DNA from: Porphyridium purpureum
Taxonomy: Eukaryota
NCBI GenBank assembly: GCA_008690995.1
Contig: VRMN01000002.1
Coordinates: 1,116,001-1,180,000 of the forward strand
Reading direction: 5' to 3'
Length of the DNA: 64,000 bases
A program made the position numbers and the translations under genes. This document shows, piece by piece, positions 22,421 through 32,628 of the stretch (position 1 is the first letter of the stretch; each line of letters starts with the position of its first letter). The notes under the pieces were generated by a model. That model ran no database searches. It saw only the letters and a list, made by a program, of their open reading frames with translations, and had not been told where the DNA came from.

Positions 22421-22869
22421 ACTAACCTTATCATTTGTCCTGCCTCGTTGCTTTTCTTGTTCACCTCCTGAACAGATGATCACAGGAATCAAAAGAGAAG
22501 GCAGAAAAAGATACGAGAATCCTTTATGGCCATCCTCTTTACGTTCCCGAACAATCCTATACATCACCGAGTTCAATGCCATGCCTGAGACTTTCTAAAG
22601 CGCAGCTCTACGCTCTGTGAGCAGCCCACTTTCGTTCGGCGCTGGCTCGGTTTCTTATATTTTAGCCCCACTGACGCATTGTTCCTCAAGCTGGTTAAAC
22701 GGTTCATTCACACTGAACCGAATGGCCGCACAGTTTTTCATTTTCGACCGCGTTTGACCTGGACAAGCCCGGAAGCAGGAAGAGACGACTTCTCGGAACG
22801 GGTGCGCCGCGCGTGTGGCGGCACTGAGACGATACACAGAAAGCGTCGGTGAAACACGCGGTCGGCGCG

Positions 22870-24435
22870 ATGGCGCAGCACAAGAAGCGTGCTCGCGACG
22901 TGGGCGCTGGCAATGGGTTGGAGACTGGGTGCGTGCGGGCGGCAAAAGGCGCGGCCGTTGCTGGGGCGCCGCATGACGGTTGCCTCATAGAAGCCGACGC
23001 GGAGACGCAGCCGATGACAATTTTGAGAGTGAAGCGACGGCGAACAGAATGCGCCGTACGAGCGTTGCACGTGCAGTATTTGACAACCTCAACGGACTCT
23101 TCGCCAACGACGGAGAGTCTTGCGAGCTCGAGCACGGACGTGGGCGAGCCCAAGACAAACGCCGATGCCGCGCGGTTGGACCCCTGGGCTTTCCGCAACG
23201 GGATGGCCGTGCCGTCAAAGCAGGCACGCGTGAAGCTGCAGCCACGACGGGGCACGCACGCGCACTCCGACACGCACACCCGGACAAACATATCCAAATC
23301 TAGACGCAAGCCATTTCACCACATGGCCACGCTGCCGCCGGAATTGTTACGCGCTCTTTTACAAAGCAGTAGCACTAGCGGAGCGGCCAGTGCTGGAAGC
23401 TCAGAGACACAGCAAGCAGCCGGCGCGCAAACGACTGAGAGCCTGGAAATCACGCAAAGTTCCCCTGACTCATCATTCTCATGCGTCCTCTCCTCCAGCC
23501 CGACCAATCCGCAACAGTCGTCTTCACCACGTATGAATGGAATGATCAGTGATCGCATCCGTATCATTGATGTGGTGCCAGTGAATCAGAGCGATGTTGC
23601 ATCGACTAAGCAGTTCGTCCCGAATATAGGGAACCAGGACAGCTGCACCTTTTTGCTGCCAGATGGCGACGCGGACATGGACTCAAGCCCGTTTGTTTAC
23701 GACTTGTACGTATCAAGGGAAAGTCGACAGCATGCGTCGCGAATTCTTCCGCTAGACTCGTATCCGACAGTGGAGATTCCACCGGAGCGCGAGCGCGCTG
23801 ATTCGCTGTCCGCAAAACACACGCACGGCGTAGTGCTGGCGGACTCGCGCCACGCACACGTGTTCGGCATGCCTGTACCGCAAGGCAACGAAAATACTAG
23901 TGAATCCAGTTTTGACACCACAGATGAAGATAGCAACATCAGTGACAAGACTGTGGATGGGAGTGTAGATTATCCGTCCACGCCATCGCCCAGTGATGCC
24001 GAAGCAGAGCACGAGATTGGGGTAGAGACCGGCGGATACACCGAAGACTGGGACGAGCACGAACAAGAGCTTGAGTTTGGACCGGACTTCAGCCAGCACG
24101 TGGACGAGTTGTATGATTTACAGAAAATGCGACTCGACATGAACGGTCCACAAGAGGACTCAATTCCAGTCGCTTTTCGCGCAAATGTTGCGTCGAAGCG
24201 GGATGCCGTTCACCGGAAAGTCGACTCGAGTACCGCATACGAGCCAACAGGTGCATGCGCTACGCAATCAAGCAGTAGCAACGGTTCTGCCACTGACACG
24301 GAGGATGAGGACGACGAGGAAGAGTGCCGAGAATTGGAGCGCTTGAAGGAACGATTTGCGTTAACTTTGTCGCGTGCAGCCGCTACGCCAACCGCCACGG
24401 CCACACGGGATCGCGAGCTCACCAGTTCGGAATAA
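22870..24435 (+). CDS. Probable Iwr1/SLC7A6OS-like RNA polymerase II nuclear import factor
   Basis: Three short family-like motifs in the expected order (ILRVKRRR, FVYDLY, DEDSN...DYP) in an otherwise disordered acidic protein. Confidence 0.6.
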   Translation: MAQHKKRARDVGAGNGLETGCVRAAKGAAVAGAPHDGCLIEADAETQPMTILRVKRRRTECAVRALHVQYLTTSTDSSPTTESLASSSTDVGEPKTNADAARLDPWAFRNGMAVPSKQARVKLQPRRGTHAHSDTHTRTNISKSRRKPFHHMATLPPELLRALLQSSSTSGAASAGSSETQQAAGAQTTESLEITQSSPDSSFSCVLSSSPTNPQQSSSPRMNGMISDRIRIIDVVPVNQSDVASTKQFVPNIGNQDSCTFLLPDGDADMDSSPFVYDLYVSRESRQHASRILPLDSYPTVEIPPERERADSLSAKHTHGVVLADSRHAHVFGMPVPQGNENTSESSFDTTDEDSNISDKTVDGSVDYPSTPSPSDAEAEHEIGVETGGYTEDWDEHEQELEFGPDFSQHVDELYDLQKMRLDMNGPQEDSIPVAFRANVASKRDAVHRKVDSSTAYEPTGACATQSSSSNGSATDTEDEDDEEECRELERLKERFALTLSRAAATPTATATRDRELTSSE

Positions 24436-24568
24436 ATCATCACAATGGAACACACATTGTATTTGTGTAGGCATTGCGTTCGCGTTGGACTCTGCGATTT
24501 GGCGGCGAACCAGAAAGGAGGAGAAAGTGAGAGAAAGGGAACAGGCTGGGCAAGACGAGGCGGTTGAG

Positions 24569-25675
24569 ATGAAGATGGCGGTCTCAGATAATCCGTCGCG
24601 GTGGCGATCTGCGCATCTGCCGTTTGGAATGCTCATGCTTCTTTCCGCCATGTTGATGGGAAGTGCGTTTGCCGCCAGTAAATCGGCACCACTGGACAAA
24701 TGGGAGAAACAGGCCAAACGCAGCGCCGGGATTTTGTCGCTGAAGTATTCGGAATACATTGAGTATTTTCACAACACGCATCCGCGCTCATTCGATGCCG
24801 TGGTCCTGCTGAGTCCCGCCGAATGCCGTACGTGCGATCAGGTACGTACGATCCTGCGTGAGGGCGCATGCAAGACGATCGCGAAGCGTCAGGCGGCGAA
24901 CGATCCCATGTGGAAAGACAAGTTCGTCGTTGATGTTACGGCGCCGAATCAAGAATTCTATGGACTACAGATGCAGTACAACATGCAGTTTTCACCGCAC
25001 GTCTTCTTTGCGAAGCGCGATGCCAGACTACCAGCCGAAGCAAAGAGTGACTCGGTGCTGCCTTTGGCCGACATTCGCGAGCTCTCAGAAATTGAGGAAT
25101 GGGTGATTTCTATGTTTCAAAGCTCGGCTGGACGAAAAGTCTCGGCCTTGTTCACACCCGCATTCTGGGGCGTGTCGCGAGCGCCAGGCTTGCAGGAGGT
25201 GCTTTTCCGCTTCCAGGGTGTCATCTTAATCTCGGCGCTTGTCCTCCTGGTTCTCACACTTGTCTTTCGATTGTACACGTACAAAACATTTTACTTTGCG
25301 ATCATGCTGGCGCTGTATATGGTTTCTGAGTCTGGCATTTTTCAAGTTATCTTGCGCGGTATTCCCGTCGCCGTGTATCGTGGTGATCACTGGGAGTGGA
25401 TGATGGGTGGCATGCGAAACCAGTATGCCCTAGAGGGGTGGTTGGCCGGGTTTTGCTACGTCGCAGTCGGCTCGCTGCTCATTTTGGCCATGGAAGGTCC
25501 TCCCATGGCGTTCATTTCCCATATTTTGTCTCTGTTCAAGATGAAGAGCGATGTGGAACTGTCCAGATTCATGCGAAGCAGTTTTTCCTTTGCTTGCCTA
25601 GGCATGGCCGCGCTGCTCTTTTTCAATTTGTTTGCAGTGTTTCGCGAAAAAATGGGGGGCGGCTATCCTCTTTAG
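24569..25675 (+). CDS. Oligosaccharyltransferase subunit, OST3/OST6 (TUSC3/MAGT1) family
   Basis: Signal peptide, thioredoxin-like lumenal domain with CxxC (CRTC), four C-terminal TM helices, SG..F..IRG.P, QYALEG and terminal GYP. Confidence 0.82.
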   Translation: MKMAVSDNPSRWRSAHLPFGMLMLLSAMLMGSAFAASKSAPLDKWEKQAKRSAGILSLKYSEYIEYFHNTHPRSFDAVVLLSPAECRTCDQVRTILREGACKTIAKRQAANDPMWKDKFVVDVTAPNQEFYGLQMQYNMQFSPHVFFAKRDARLPAEAKSDSVLPLADIRELSEIEEWVISMFQSSAGRKVSALFTPAFWGVSRAPGLQEVLFRFQGVILISALVLLVLTLVFRLYTYKTFYFAIMLALYMVSESGIFQVILRGIPVAVYRGDHWEWMMGGMRNQYALEGWLAGFCYVAVGSLLILAMEGPPMAFISHILSLFKMKSDVELSRFMRSSFSFACLGMAALLFFNLFAVFREKMGGGYPL

Positions 25676-25898
25676 TGTCGTCCATCAGACACAGCAGATT
25701 TCTCTCTACCATCGTCGAACTCTCGGTTAAGTCTAAACCCTGCAAAGCCAAGCCAGGACGCACAATATTGCACGCATTTGGAGATGGTTATGGCCAAAAA
25801 AGTTGCAATTCAACGGGCTTCCTTTTGCAGAGCGGCACCCTGGAAAATATCGATCTTTGCTCTTTCGCAATCGCAAGAGAATTGACTACCTTGGCATC

Positions 25899-26705
25899 CT
25901 AGCCCTTGATCATGGCGCGTGACTGCCAGTACCTGACCGATTCCATGTATTTTTCGCGATCAATGGGCACGCCCGAACCACCACACGAAATCAGCTCGTT
26001 CCGCATGATGGTGATGGGCGTCATGGGCAGTTCATGATCGACATCCTGCGCCTTGATACTGATTAGACCCCACGGTTCGAGCTGTTCAAAGCCTTCTTCT
26101 CCCATCGCTGAAGCTTCTTGGTACAGCTGATCGCGCGAGTAAAGAATGAGGTCGAGAAACTTGGCGACGGGTGCGCTGTCACCGATTTCATCTGCACGAA
26201 AGTAGCGCGTCAGCACAGGCAACTCCTTCTCAGTGCGCGCCTCGTAACCCGAGTGCAGCATCGCACGATTTTGCTCCGTGATCACCATGTCACCCACAGT
26301 CGCATCCGTGAAATTCGGCATGAAAATGTGCTTGCAGAACGGAGCGTAGCCGTCCACAAGTGCCGCCTGCTCTTCCACCAGATACCGATTCACCCGATCC
26401 TCAAACGCCTGTTTGTCCACGCCGCGAATCCGCGTACCGCTGTAAGACGCATCATCAAACTGCCGAAATGCAAACGAATGCAGCTTGATCTGCTTGCTAC
26501 CAGAACTAGCCATGATCCAGGTCGTACAACCTCCGCGAGGCAATTCCTGACGCAGCTGCTTTGCGCGATGCCAAGGGTTCCAGGTCCCCGCTGATCGCAC
26601 CGAAGCCCCACCGAGACACGTGCGCGGCGCAGCGCGCGAAGCCAGATTAGACCAGGACACTGGTAGTACCTGCTGGAAACCTAGTGCGGACCTCTCAGTG
26701 CCCAT
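25899..26705 (-). CDS. DUF3228-family protein with a probable plastid transit peptide
   Basis: FAFRQF, LVDGYAPFCKHIF..NFT, SGYEARTEKELPVLTRYF, LDLILYSRDQ, ELPMTPITIMRN, GGSGVPIDREKY. Confidence 0.75.
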   Translation of the reverse strand: MGTERSALGFQQVLPVSWSNLASRAAPRTCLGGASVRSAGTWNPWHRAKQLRQELPRGGCTTWIMASSGSKQIKLHSFAFRQFDDASYSGTRIRGVDKQAFEDRVNRYLVEEQAALVDGYAPFCKHIFMPNFTDATVGDMVITEQNRAMLHSGYEARTEKELPVLTRYFRADEIGDSAPVAKFLDLILYSRDQLYQEASAMGEEGFEQLEPWGLISIKAQDVDHELPMTPITIMRNELISCGGSGVPIDREKYMESVRYWQSRAMIKG

Positions 26706-26841
26706 GCCACGCCACACTCTCGACCTGTTCGCACGACAGATCCCGTCCTCACTGAGTGCGTCAGTTGATTTTCTTTGCAAGTGTGCATGGAAGTTGTGGA
26801 GGAATGCTGTCGCGATGAACGAGGCGGACCGGCCAGACACG

Positions 26842-28368
26842 ATGAGGTGGCTCTTCGTGAGTCCGCTCACCCGCGCGTCTCATGCAGGGGGAATGTGCGG
26901 TTACAGAAACGGCAGGAACGTTTGTGCGCCTAGCTCGAGTGGACCTTTGAAGCCGCGTGCCCGTTCAGACGTGTCGGCTGGTTGGAGGATGATGCAGGAT
27001 GACGTCAAGCGGCCTTCAGCGAAAGGTGTCATGAAGCTACGGAGGCAGCGCAGAGGACAAGGCCATGTGGTGAATAAACGTGGCACTGGTGATGAGGATG
27101 GTCATGCGCAGAAGGCGAAACAGCAGCCCAATTCGAGTCGCCGTAGCGATCAAGTGGTGGAAAAGCCGCGGAAAAGGCCGAAATCACAGGAAGAGAGAGG
27201 TGATAAACAGAACCAGCTGTCTCCGTCTCGCGCAGGGTCGCAGATATACACGAATGATGATGACTTTGTGAAAGAAATGTCCTTGCTCTACGGTATTGCA
27301 GAACGGCATATCGATGACTTGGACAAAGGCGAGAGCGATGATGAGTTTTTCAAATCGCTTGGAATTGGGGTTCACGCAGACGACGTGGACGACTACCTGG
27401 ATGAATCTGCATTTGATGCTGACTTGGGTGGAACCAAGAACAGCAGCAGTGCCGTCAAAAATGTACGAACGTCCGTCAAGGTGGAACCGTGCGAAGAGAC
27501 CCGACCGATTCCCGCAGTGACACCGGACGGAAATCTGGAGAAAAAGGCGGCCAGAAAGTCTTCGCGAAAAGAACTTGTGGGCGTGAATACGTTTCTGCAA
27601 AATGACAAGGCCCATTTGAATGGGTTTGACACCCTGTCAACGCGCAAGTCATCTGGACTGTCTAGCACAAACCGGCGAGTCGCGCTTTTTCCCCTCCAAG
27701 TGATCATCCCGACGTTCCGCTCTCTTGAGCATCAGTGCTGGCTACGTGCATGGAATCAATGCAATGTGCAAGCACAGGAAAAGGGACACGAGAGATTGCG
27801 CCTTAAGGCAGCAAGGAGTATCATGTTTGAGGATGTCGCGCGCGTTGAAGCCATGGACGAAGGCGCAGCCGTTCAGCATGTTTTTGGTCAGGTGCTTGAT
27901 CCTGCTCGCGCTCGCGAGTTTCGAGCGCTTCGTAGAGAGTATCTAAAAGAGGCGTTGATGGAAATGGCCGAGCTGAGGACTCTGACTATGGGAGTTGGAA
28001 TCCCCGACCTTCTTGAGAAATTGCGGCGCGCAGGATACGTGTGTTGGATATTGGCACCATCATACCATATTGTAGAGCTCCTACTCGTGCTGAAGTGTTT
28101 GAAGCTGGAAGAGTCCTTTGAAGGTAATGTAACGCTGGATGACTTGTGTCCAAATATGGACCAAGTGCTGGAAACCGCCGTCAGAAAGGCCGGAACGTCG
28201 ACGACTAATGTCGTTGTGATGTCAGACCACCCGGCTGTTCTGGACTGTGCACGTGTCGTTGGATGTCGTTCCGTGGGTTTGGTGACCTTGTATCCTGCGT
28301 ATGAGCTCGTAAGCGCCGACGTCACTTGCGCAGACGTTGCACAGCTTGATCTGACCAAGCTTTTGTAG
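26842..28368 (+). CDS. HAD-superfamily-like protein with a long N-terminal extension; probably organellar and possibly catalytically inactive
   Basis: C-terminal ~230 aa resemble a CbbY/beta-PGM-like HAD fold (AW.., GIPDLLEKLRRAG, VVMSD, A..VGCRSVG, EL.SAD) but the DxD motif is absent. Confidence 0.55.
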   Translation: MRWLFVSPLTRASHAGGMCGYRNGRNVCAPSSSGPLKPRARSDVSAGWRMMQDDVKRPSAKGVMKLRRQRRGQGHVVNKRGTGDEDGHAQKAKQQPNSSRRSDQVVEKPRKRPKSQEERGDKQNQLSPSRAGSQIYTNDDDFVKEMSLLYGIAERHIDDLDKGESDDEFFKSLGIGVHADDVDDYLDESAFDADLGGTKNSSSAVKNVRTSVKVEPCEETRPIPAVTPDGNLEKKAARKSSRKELVGVNTFLQNDKAHLNGFDTLSTRKSSGLSSTNRRVALFPLQVIIPTFRSLEHQCWLRAWNQCNVQAQEKGHERLRLKAARSIMFEDVARVEAMDEGAAVQHVFGQVLDPARAREFRALRREYLKEALMEMAELRTLTMGVGIPDLLEKLRRAGYVCWILAPSYHIVELLLVLKCLKLEESFEGNVTLDDLCPNMDQVLETAVRKAGTSTTNVVVMSDHPAVLDCARVVGCRSVGLVTLYPAYELVSADVTCADVAQLDLTKLL

Positions 28369-28392
28369 ACCCCACCATGGCTCTTCCTTAAT

Positions 28393-29130
28393 TTATTGGA
28401 ATTCGGCGATCAACAGCTCCACCGCGCGCTCTACAGTCTTCTGGTTTGCAGCAACATTTGCCTGGAACTTTTCGCGAGTCAAAGGCTCACGCGCAATCCC
28501 GTTTGCGTAATTGTCCACCATGCAGATCATCGCATACGGTATATCTAGCTCCTTGCTGAGTGTCGCCTCGGATGCTGCTGTCATTCCTACCACATGCGCA
28601 CCGACCAAAGCGAGGAAGCGCGACTCGACAGGCGTCTCGAAGCGCGGGCCGGACGTTTGCATGTACACCCCGCCGTCGCGCACCGGATTGAATTCGTTCT
28701 TTCTGAGCACCTGTAACATGATCTGGCGCAACGAATCGTCCATTCCAGGCACAATATGAGCGCGCCCGTCGTCAAACATTGATACGGGCCCACCGAACAG
28801 GTTGAAAAAATCGTCCGGAATCACAATCATGCCGATGGTCACTTCTGGTGTCACGCTGCCCACGCAGCACACTGCGATTACGGCATCCACTTGCAAATCC
28901 TTGAGGGCCTGCATGTTCGCTTGGTGATTGATCAAATGCGGTGGGCGATACACCGCGCCCGCGGCGGCGTCGGCGTGGTGCCGCTGAAGAAACACCAGAT
29001 CTCCGCTTTCAGACACGTGTACGACCACTTTTCCATACTCCGTATCCTGCTCTTGCTTCCGCATGCCCGCGAAAAACTTGGACTGCAAGAGCGACGTACC
29101 GCCGATAATGCCGAGCTTTTTATTGCCCAT
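28393..29130 (-). CDS. MTAP/PNP-family nucleoside phosphorylase, methylthioinosine phosphorylase-like
   Basis: GIIGGT, LQRH, PHLINHQAN..AL, GPRFETPVE, VVGMT..SEATL..EL, VDNYANG. Confidence 0.88.
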   Translation of the reverse strand: MGNKKLGIIGGTSLLQSKFFAGMRKQEQDTEYGKVVVHVSESGDLVFLQRHHADAAAGAVYRPPHLINHQANMQALKDLQVDAVIAVCCVGSVTPEVTIGMIVIPDDFFNLFGGPVSMFDDGRAHIVPGMDDSLRQIMLQVLRKNEFNPVRDGGVYMQTSGPRFETPVESRFLALVGAHVVGMTAASEATLSKELDIPYAMICMVDNYANGIAREPLTREKFQANVAANQKTVERAVELLIAEFQ

Positions 29131-29309
29131 GACGTATACACGTGCTCCTTCCTCTGTCCCTTATCCTCCTCCTCCTCCACCTTCTTCCTCTTGACCTCAC
29201 TGCCGTACCAGATTACCTCCACCGGCTCGATCTCCGACACAGGAAGTCGAGTTATTCACCGGACTCAAACCTGCATCAGCTCAACGGAGCTGAGGAACAC
29301 CGACACAGG

Positions 29310-31643
29310 ATGTATGCGGCATGGTGTCTTTTGCTGGCTGCTCCATCAGAAAGAGCTACCACGTTTCAACGACATCATGGTGTGCATGCGTCGCCGCGCT
29401 CGCGCTCGCGCCCTGGCTCGCGCGCGGTGATTGTCATGGCTGCGAGGGACAGAAAAGTGGTGCTGGGCTTGTGCAAATACAGTCATGATTCATCCGTGGC
29501 GGTCGTGGATGCTGAGACAGGGCAGCTGTTGTTTGCTGCAGCAAAGGAGAGGCTGACGCGCCGTAAGCACGATGGCGGGCCCGTTGGACAGTTGGTCGAG
29601 CATGCGTTGGATAGTCTTGGTCTGAGTCTCGATGCTGTAGAGCTTGTCGTGTCTAACAATCACCACTTTCGGATCTCAGACTATGAGAAGCGGCTGCCGT
29701 TCGCCGCGGCGATCGGTTATGTTGAGGAGGACGCGCTAGACAGCTGGAACACGCTTGCTTCATGCAAGGCCAGAAAAATGGAGATCTCTCATCACATCGC
29801 GCACCTTTTTTCGACCGCGCCGTATTCCGGGTTCAAAGACGAACATCTCGTGATCGTCATGGATGGCATGGGTGAGGCCTTTCGTGAATTTGCGAGATCG
29901 AGAGGAGATGGTGACACGGGAAGTTGTGATTACGCAACGGAACTTAATTCGATGCCGGACAGTGTGCAAGCACAGTGGATGCCACCCCTGGCCGTATTAA
30001 ACACGGCTGAGTACGGGCACCGTGAAGCAGAGTCAGTATATCGCGTAAAAAATGGGATGCGCGATGTTTCGCTGGAGTTCAAGCGCTTTGCGCGTGAGAA
30101 CTCACCGCCCGAATTGTACAATCACGGATTTGAGAACATGGATAGCCTCGGTGCGGTATACTCGCGAATTTCGTCGCACATTTTTGGCGACTGGAACGCA
30201 TGCGGCAAAGTACAAGGGCTTGCGTCGTACGCAGTGGAGAAAAGTGAGCGTCTTCGCCGCACAAACAAACCTTTCATGCGAGGTTCGCTTCTCGATGGCT
30301 CTTTCAGAGTCGAGTGGGAGCATCTGGCCAGCTTGGCAAACACTAATCGATGGAGCGAAAGCAAGAAGAACCCAGATTTATTCTCACAGTACGTGTGCGA
30401 CGCAGCTCAAGTGCAATTGGACCTCGAGACAGTAGTGCTGGATCTTCTCCACGGCATGCAGAAAAGGACGGGAATTAGGCATGTCGCTCTTGCAGGTGGT
30501 GTTGCGCTCAACTCGACAATGAATGGAAGGATCATTCGCGAGTGCGGCTTTGAGGAAGTTTACATTTCGCCCTTTCCAGGAGACGAAGGGATCGCCATTG
30601 GATGCGCCATGTACGGTTACTCATCAATACACACAAACTCAGCAGAATGTTTGACACAGGCAAGTATGAGTCCGTATCTGGGCCGCGAGTACGGCAAAGA
30701 AGAGATTGATGAAGCTGTCTCTCTTCACGCGGCATGGCTGGATCGAGTCAAAGTCAAAAAGGCCGAGCTTTTTTCTTGTGTTGCAGAAATGTTGGCCGAG
30801 GGGAAAGTTGTGGCGTGGTTTCAGGGACGTGCTGAGGTAGGTGCGCGCGCGCTCGGAAATCGATCTATCCTTGCTGATCCGCGCAATGCGTCCATGGTAG
30901 ATCGCATCAACGTGAACATCAAGCAGCGCGAAACATTCCGCCCGTTTGCACCGTCAGTTTTGTCCGAGCATGTCGCAGATTATTTTGAGGCAGATCAGCC
31001 TAACATATCCCCGTACATGAGTGTGACAGTTCCCGTGCTCAAGGAGAAGCGTGCCGTGGTGCCTGCCATCACTCACATTGACGGAACCGCGCGCTTGCAG
31101 ACAGTATCGCGTGTGCAAAATGAGCGTTTCTATAGACTAATTGAAGCTTTCATGGATTTGACCGGGGTGCCAATGCTGCTCAACACCAGTCTCAATATTG
31201 CTGGAGAGCCGATTGTTGAGACTCCGATCGATTGCATTCGCGCATTCCTGGCGTCCGCAATCGACGTGCTGGTTTTGGGCGACGACGTTTACACTAAACG
31301 AGCACCGACCCGTGCTCTTCGGGACAGCCTCGTTCGTGTTGTCGATCAGACATATTTCCGTGTGGAGCAGACTAGAAACATGGAAGGTGATGTCTCTTAT
31401 ACACACATGGTAGTGGATCGTGGGGACGGGTTAGAGACAAGAATCAAGTTTGACTGCGCAGAAGAGTACGAACTCTTCAACTTGTTGTTCACGGGTGAAT
31501 TTATGCATGGAAGCGCCACAGATGAGCCCACACCCGTTGATGTCATTATTGACAATTGTCTTGAGGACGAGGATGTGCTTGAAGAGCAGGTAATTCAACT
31601 TTTGGAGTCACTGTCGGAAAAGCGACTCATCGTGATAGAGTAG
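29310..31643 (+). CDS. Carbamoyltransferase of the NodU/CmcH/TobZ family, with a probable plastid transit peptide
   Basis: HDSS, KERLTRRKHDG, HHIAH, DGMGE, GKVQGLASY, LAGGVALNS, GDEGIAIG, GARALGNRSILADPR, KQRETFRPFAPSV, HIDGTARLQTV, LLNTSLN.AGEPIVE. Confidence 0.9.
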   Translation: MYAAWCLLLAAPSERATTFQRHHGVHASPRSRSRPGSRAVIVMAARDRKVVLGLCKYSHDSSVAVVDAETGQLLFAAAKERLTRRKHDGGPVGQLVEHALDSLGLSLDAVELVVSNNHHFRISDYEKRLPFAAAIGYVEEDALDSWNTLASCKARKMEISHHIAHLFSTAPYSGFKDEHLVIVMDGMGEAFREFARSRGDGDTGSCDYATELNSMPDSVQAQWMPPLAVLNTAEYGHREAESVYRVKNGMRDVSLEFKRFARENSPPELYNHGFENMDSLGAVYSRISSHIFGDWNACGKVQGLASYAVEKSERLRRTNKPFMRGSLLDGSFRVEWEHLASLANTNRWSESKKNPDLFSQYVCDAAQVQLDLETVVLDLLHGMQKRTGIRHVALAGGVALNSTMNGRIIRECGFEEVYISPFPGDEGIAIGCAMYGYSSIHTNSAECLTQASMSPYLGREYGKEEIDEAVSLHAAWLDRVKVKKAELFSCVAEMLAEGKVVAWFQGRAEVGARALGNRSILADPRNASMVDRINVNIKQRETFRPFAPSVLSEHVADYFEADQPNISPYMSVTVPVLKEKRAVVPAITHIDGTARLQTVSRVQNERFYRLIEAFMDLTGVPMLLNTSLNIAGEPIVETPIDCIRAFLASAIDVLVLGDDVYTKRAPTRALRDSLVRVVDQTYFRVEQTRNMEGDVSYTHMVVDRGDGLETRIKFDCAEEYELFNLLFTGEFMHGSATDEPTPVDVIIDNCLEDEDVLEEQVIQLLESLSEKRLIVIE

Positions 31644-31710
31644 AATAGGAGCCACATTTGCGTGATGTTGTGATTAATTCATCATCAGCTGAAGCCGATG
31701 CCGCTCTTGA

Positions 31711-32463
31711 CTATGCTTTATTTTTCTGATCCAGCGACCCTGTTCGTTTTGTTAGCACGCTGAGTTCGTGCAACAGCTTTATTCGTTCGCCCTGTAGTTC
31801 GGCAAGTCGCACCTTTGTAGCAACCAGCTCCTCGAGCTCGCGCACGCCGATGCTCCTGCTGGCGCGCCTGCGTAGCTCCTCAGTCTCGCGATCTTTCTCC
31901 TCCATGGCTGCGCGGAGCGCGCTCATCTCACCCTGCAGATGCTTCATCTTCTCCTGCTCCGCTTCGAGCTCCTTTTCCACCTCGTCCAACAAGGCGTGCA
32001 GATCCGTTTTGTCGCCTTCAAGCTTGACGATGTGTTGCTCCAGCTCCTGCAATCTCTTGCTCTGGTATTGCTTGTCTTCCTCATCTCCGTCCTCCACCGG
32101 CATCATCATATCTTCGTTGAGATCGTCGACGTCCACGTGCACCGCCTCAGTCTCCTGCTCTGCCTGCTTGGCGGCCTTTTCTTCGTCCCGCAGCTTCTGC
32201 TCGTTCTGCGCGCGCAGAGCGTCCAGCTCATTCTGAAGACCTGCGGTAGTTGCTTTTTCCGCAGCTAGCGCATTGCTCAGCTCCCCTTTCCTCTTGAGAG
32301 CGCTCGCATACTCGACTCGCAGCTTCTCGTACATGTCTGCAAGCTGCGTGTAGATGGTCTTGGTCTTCTCGTGGTGCGCCACCATCGCCTCGATTTTCAC
32401 ATTCGCCGCCGCTAATTGCGCCACAAGGTCTTCTGACCCACCGCTGGCGCCCGCATCGGCCAT
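31711..32463 (-). CDS. Coiled-coil protein of unknown function
   Basis: ~250-aa E/K/L/Q-rich ORF with a heptad pattern, occupying the space between neighbouring genes. Confidence 0.7.
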   Translation of the reverse strand: MADAGASGGSEDLVAQLAAANVKIEAMVAHHEKTKTIYTQLADMYEKLRVEYASALKRKGELSNALAAEKATTAGLQNELDALRAQNEQKLRDEEKAAKQAEQETEAVHVDVDDLNEDMMMPVEDGDEEDKQYQSKRLQELEQHIVKLEGDKTDLHALLDEVEKELEAEQEKMKHLQGEMSALRAAMEEKDRETEELRRRASRSIGVRELEELVATKVRLAELQGERIKLLHELSVLTKRTGSLDQKNKA

Positions 32464-32628
32464 CGCAACGGAATCCGTTGGTTCGAACTCAATCTTCAAC
32501 GCCCACCGAGCCGCCTTGTTCCCATCCGACTTCGCCGCTCGAAGACAGCGCGACGAAAAACCGCGACCTGGCGACTAGTAGGAGAAATTGGTCGTGGCCA
32601 GTCCAAAGAGGTGTGGAGCAGAAGGACA

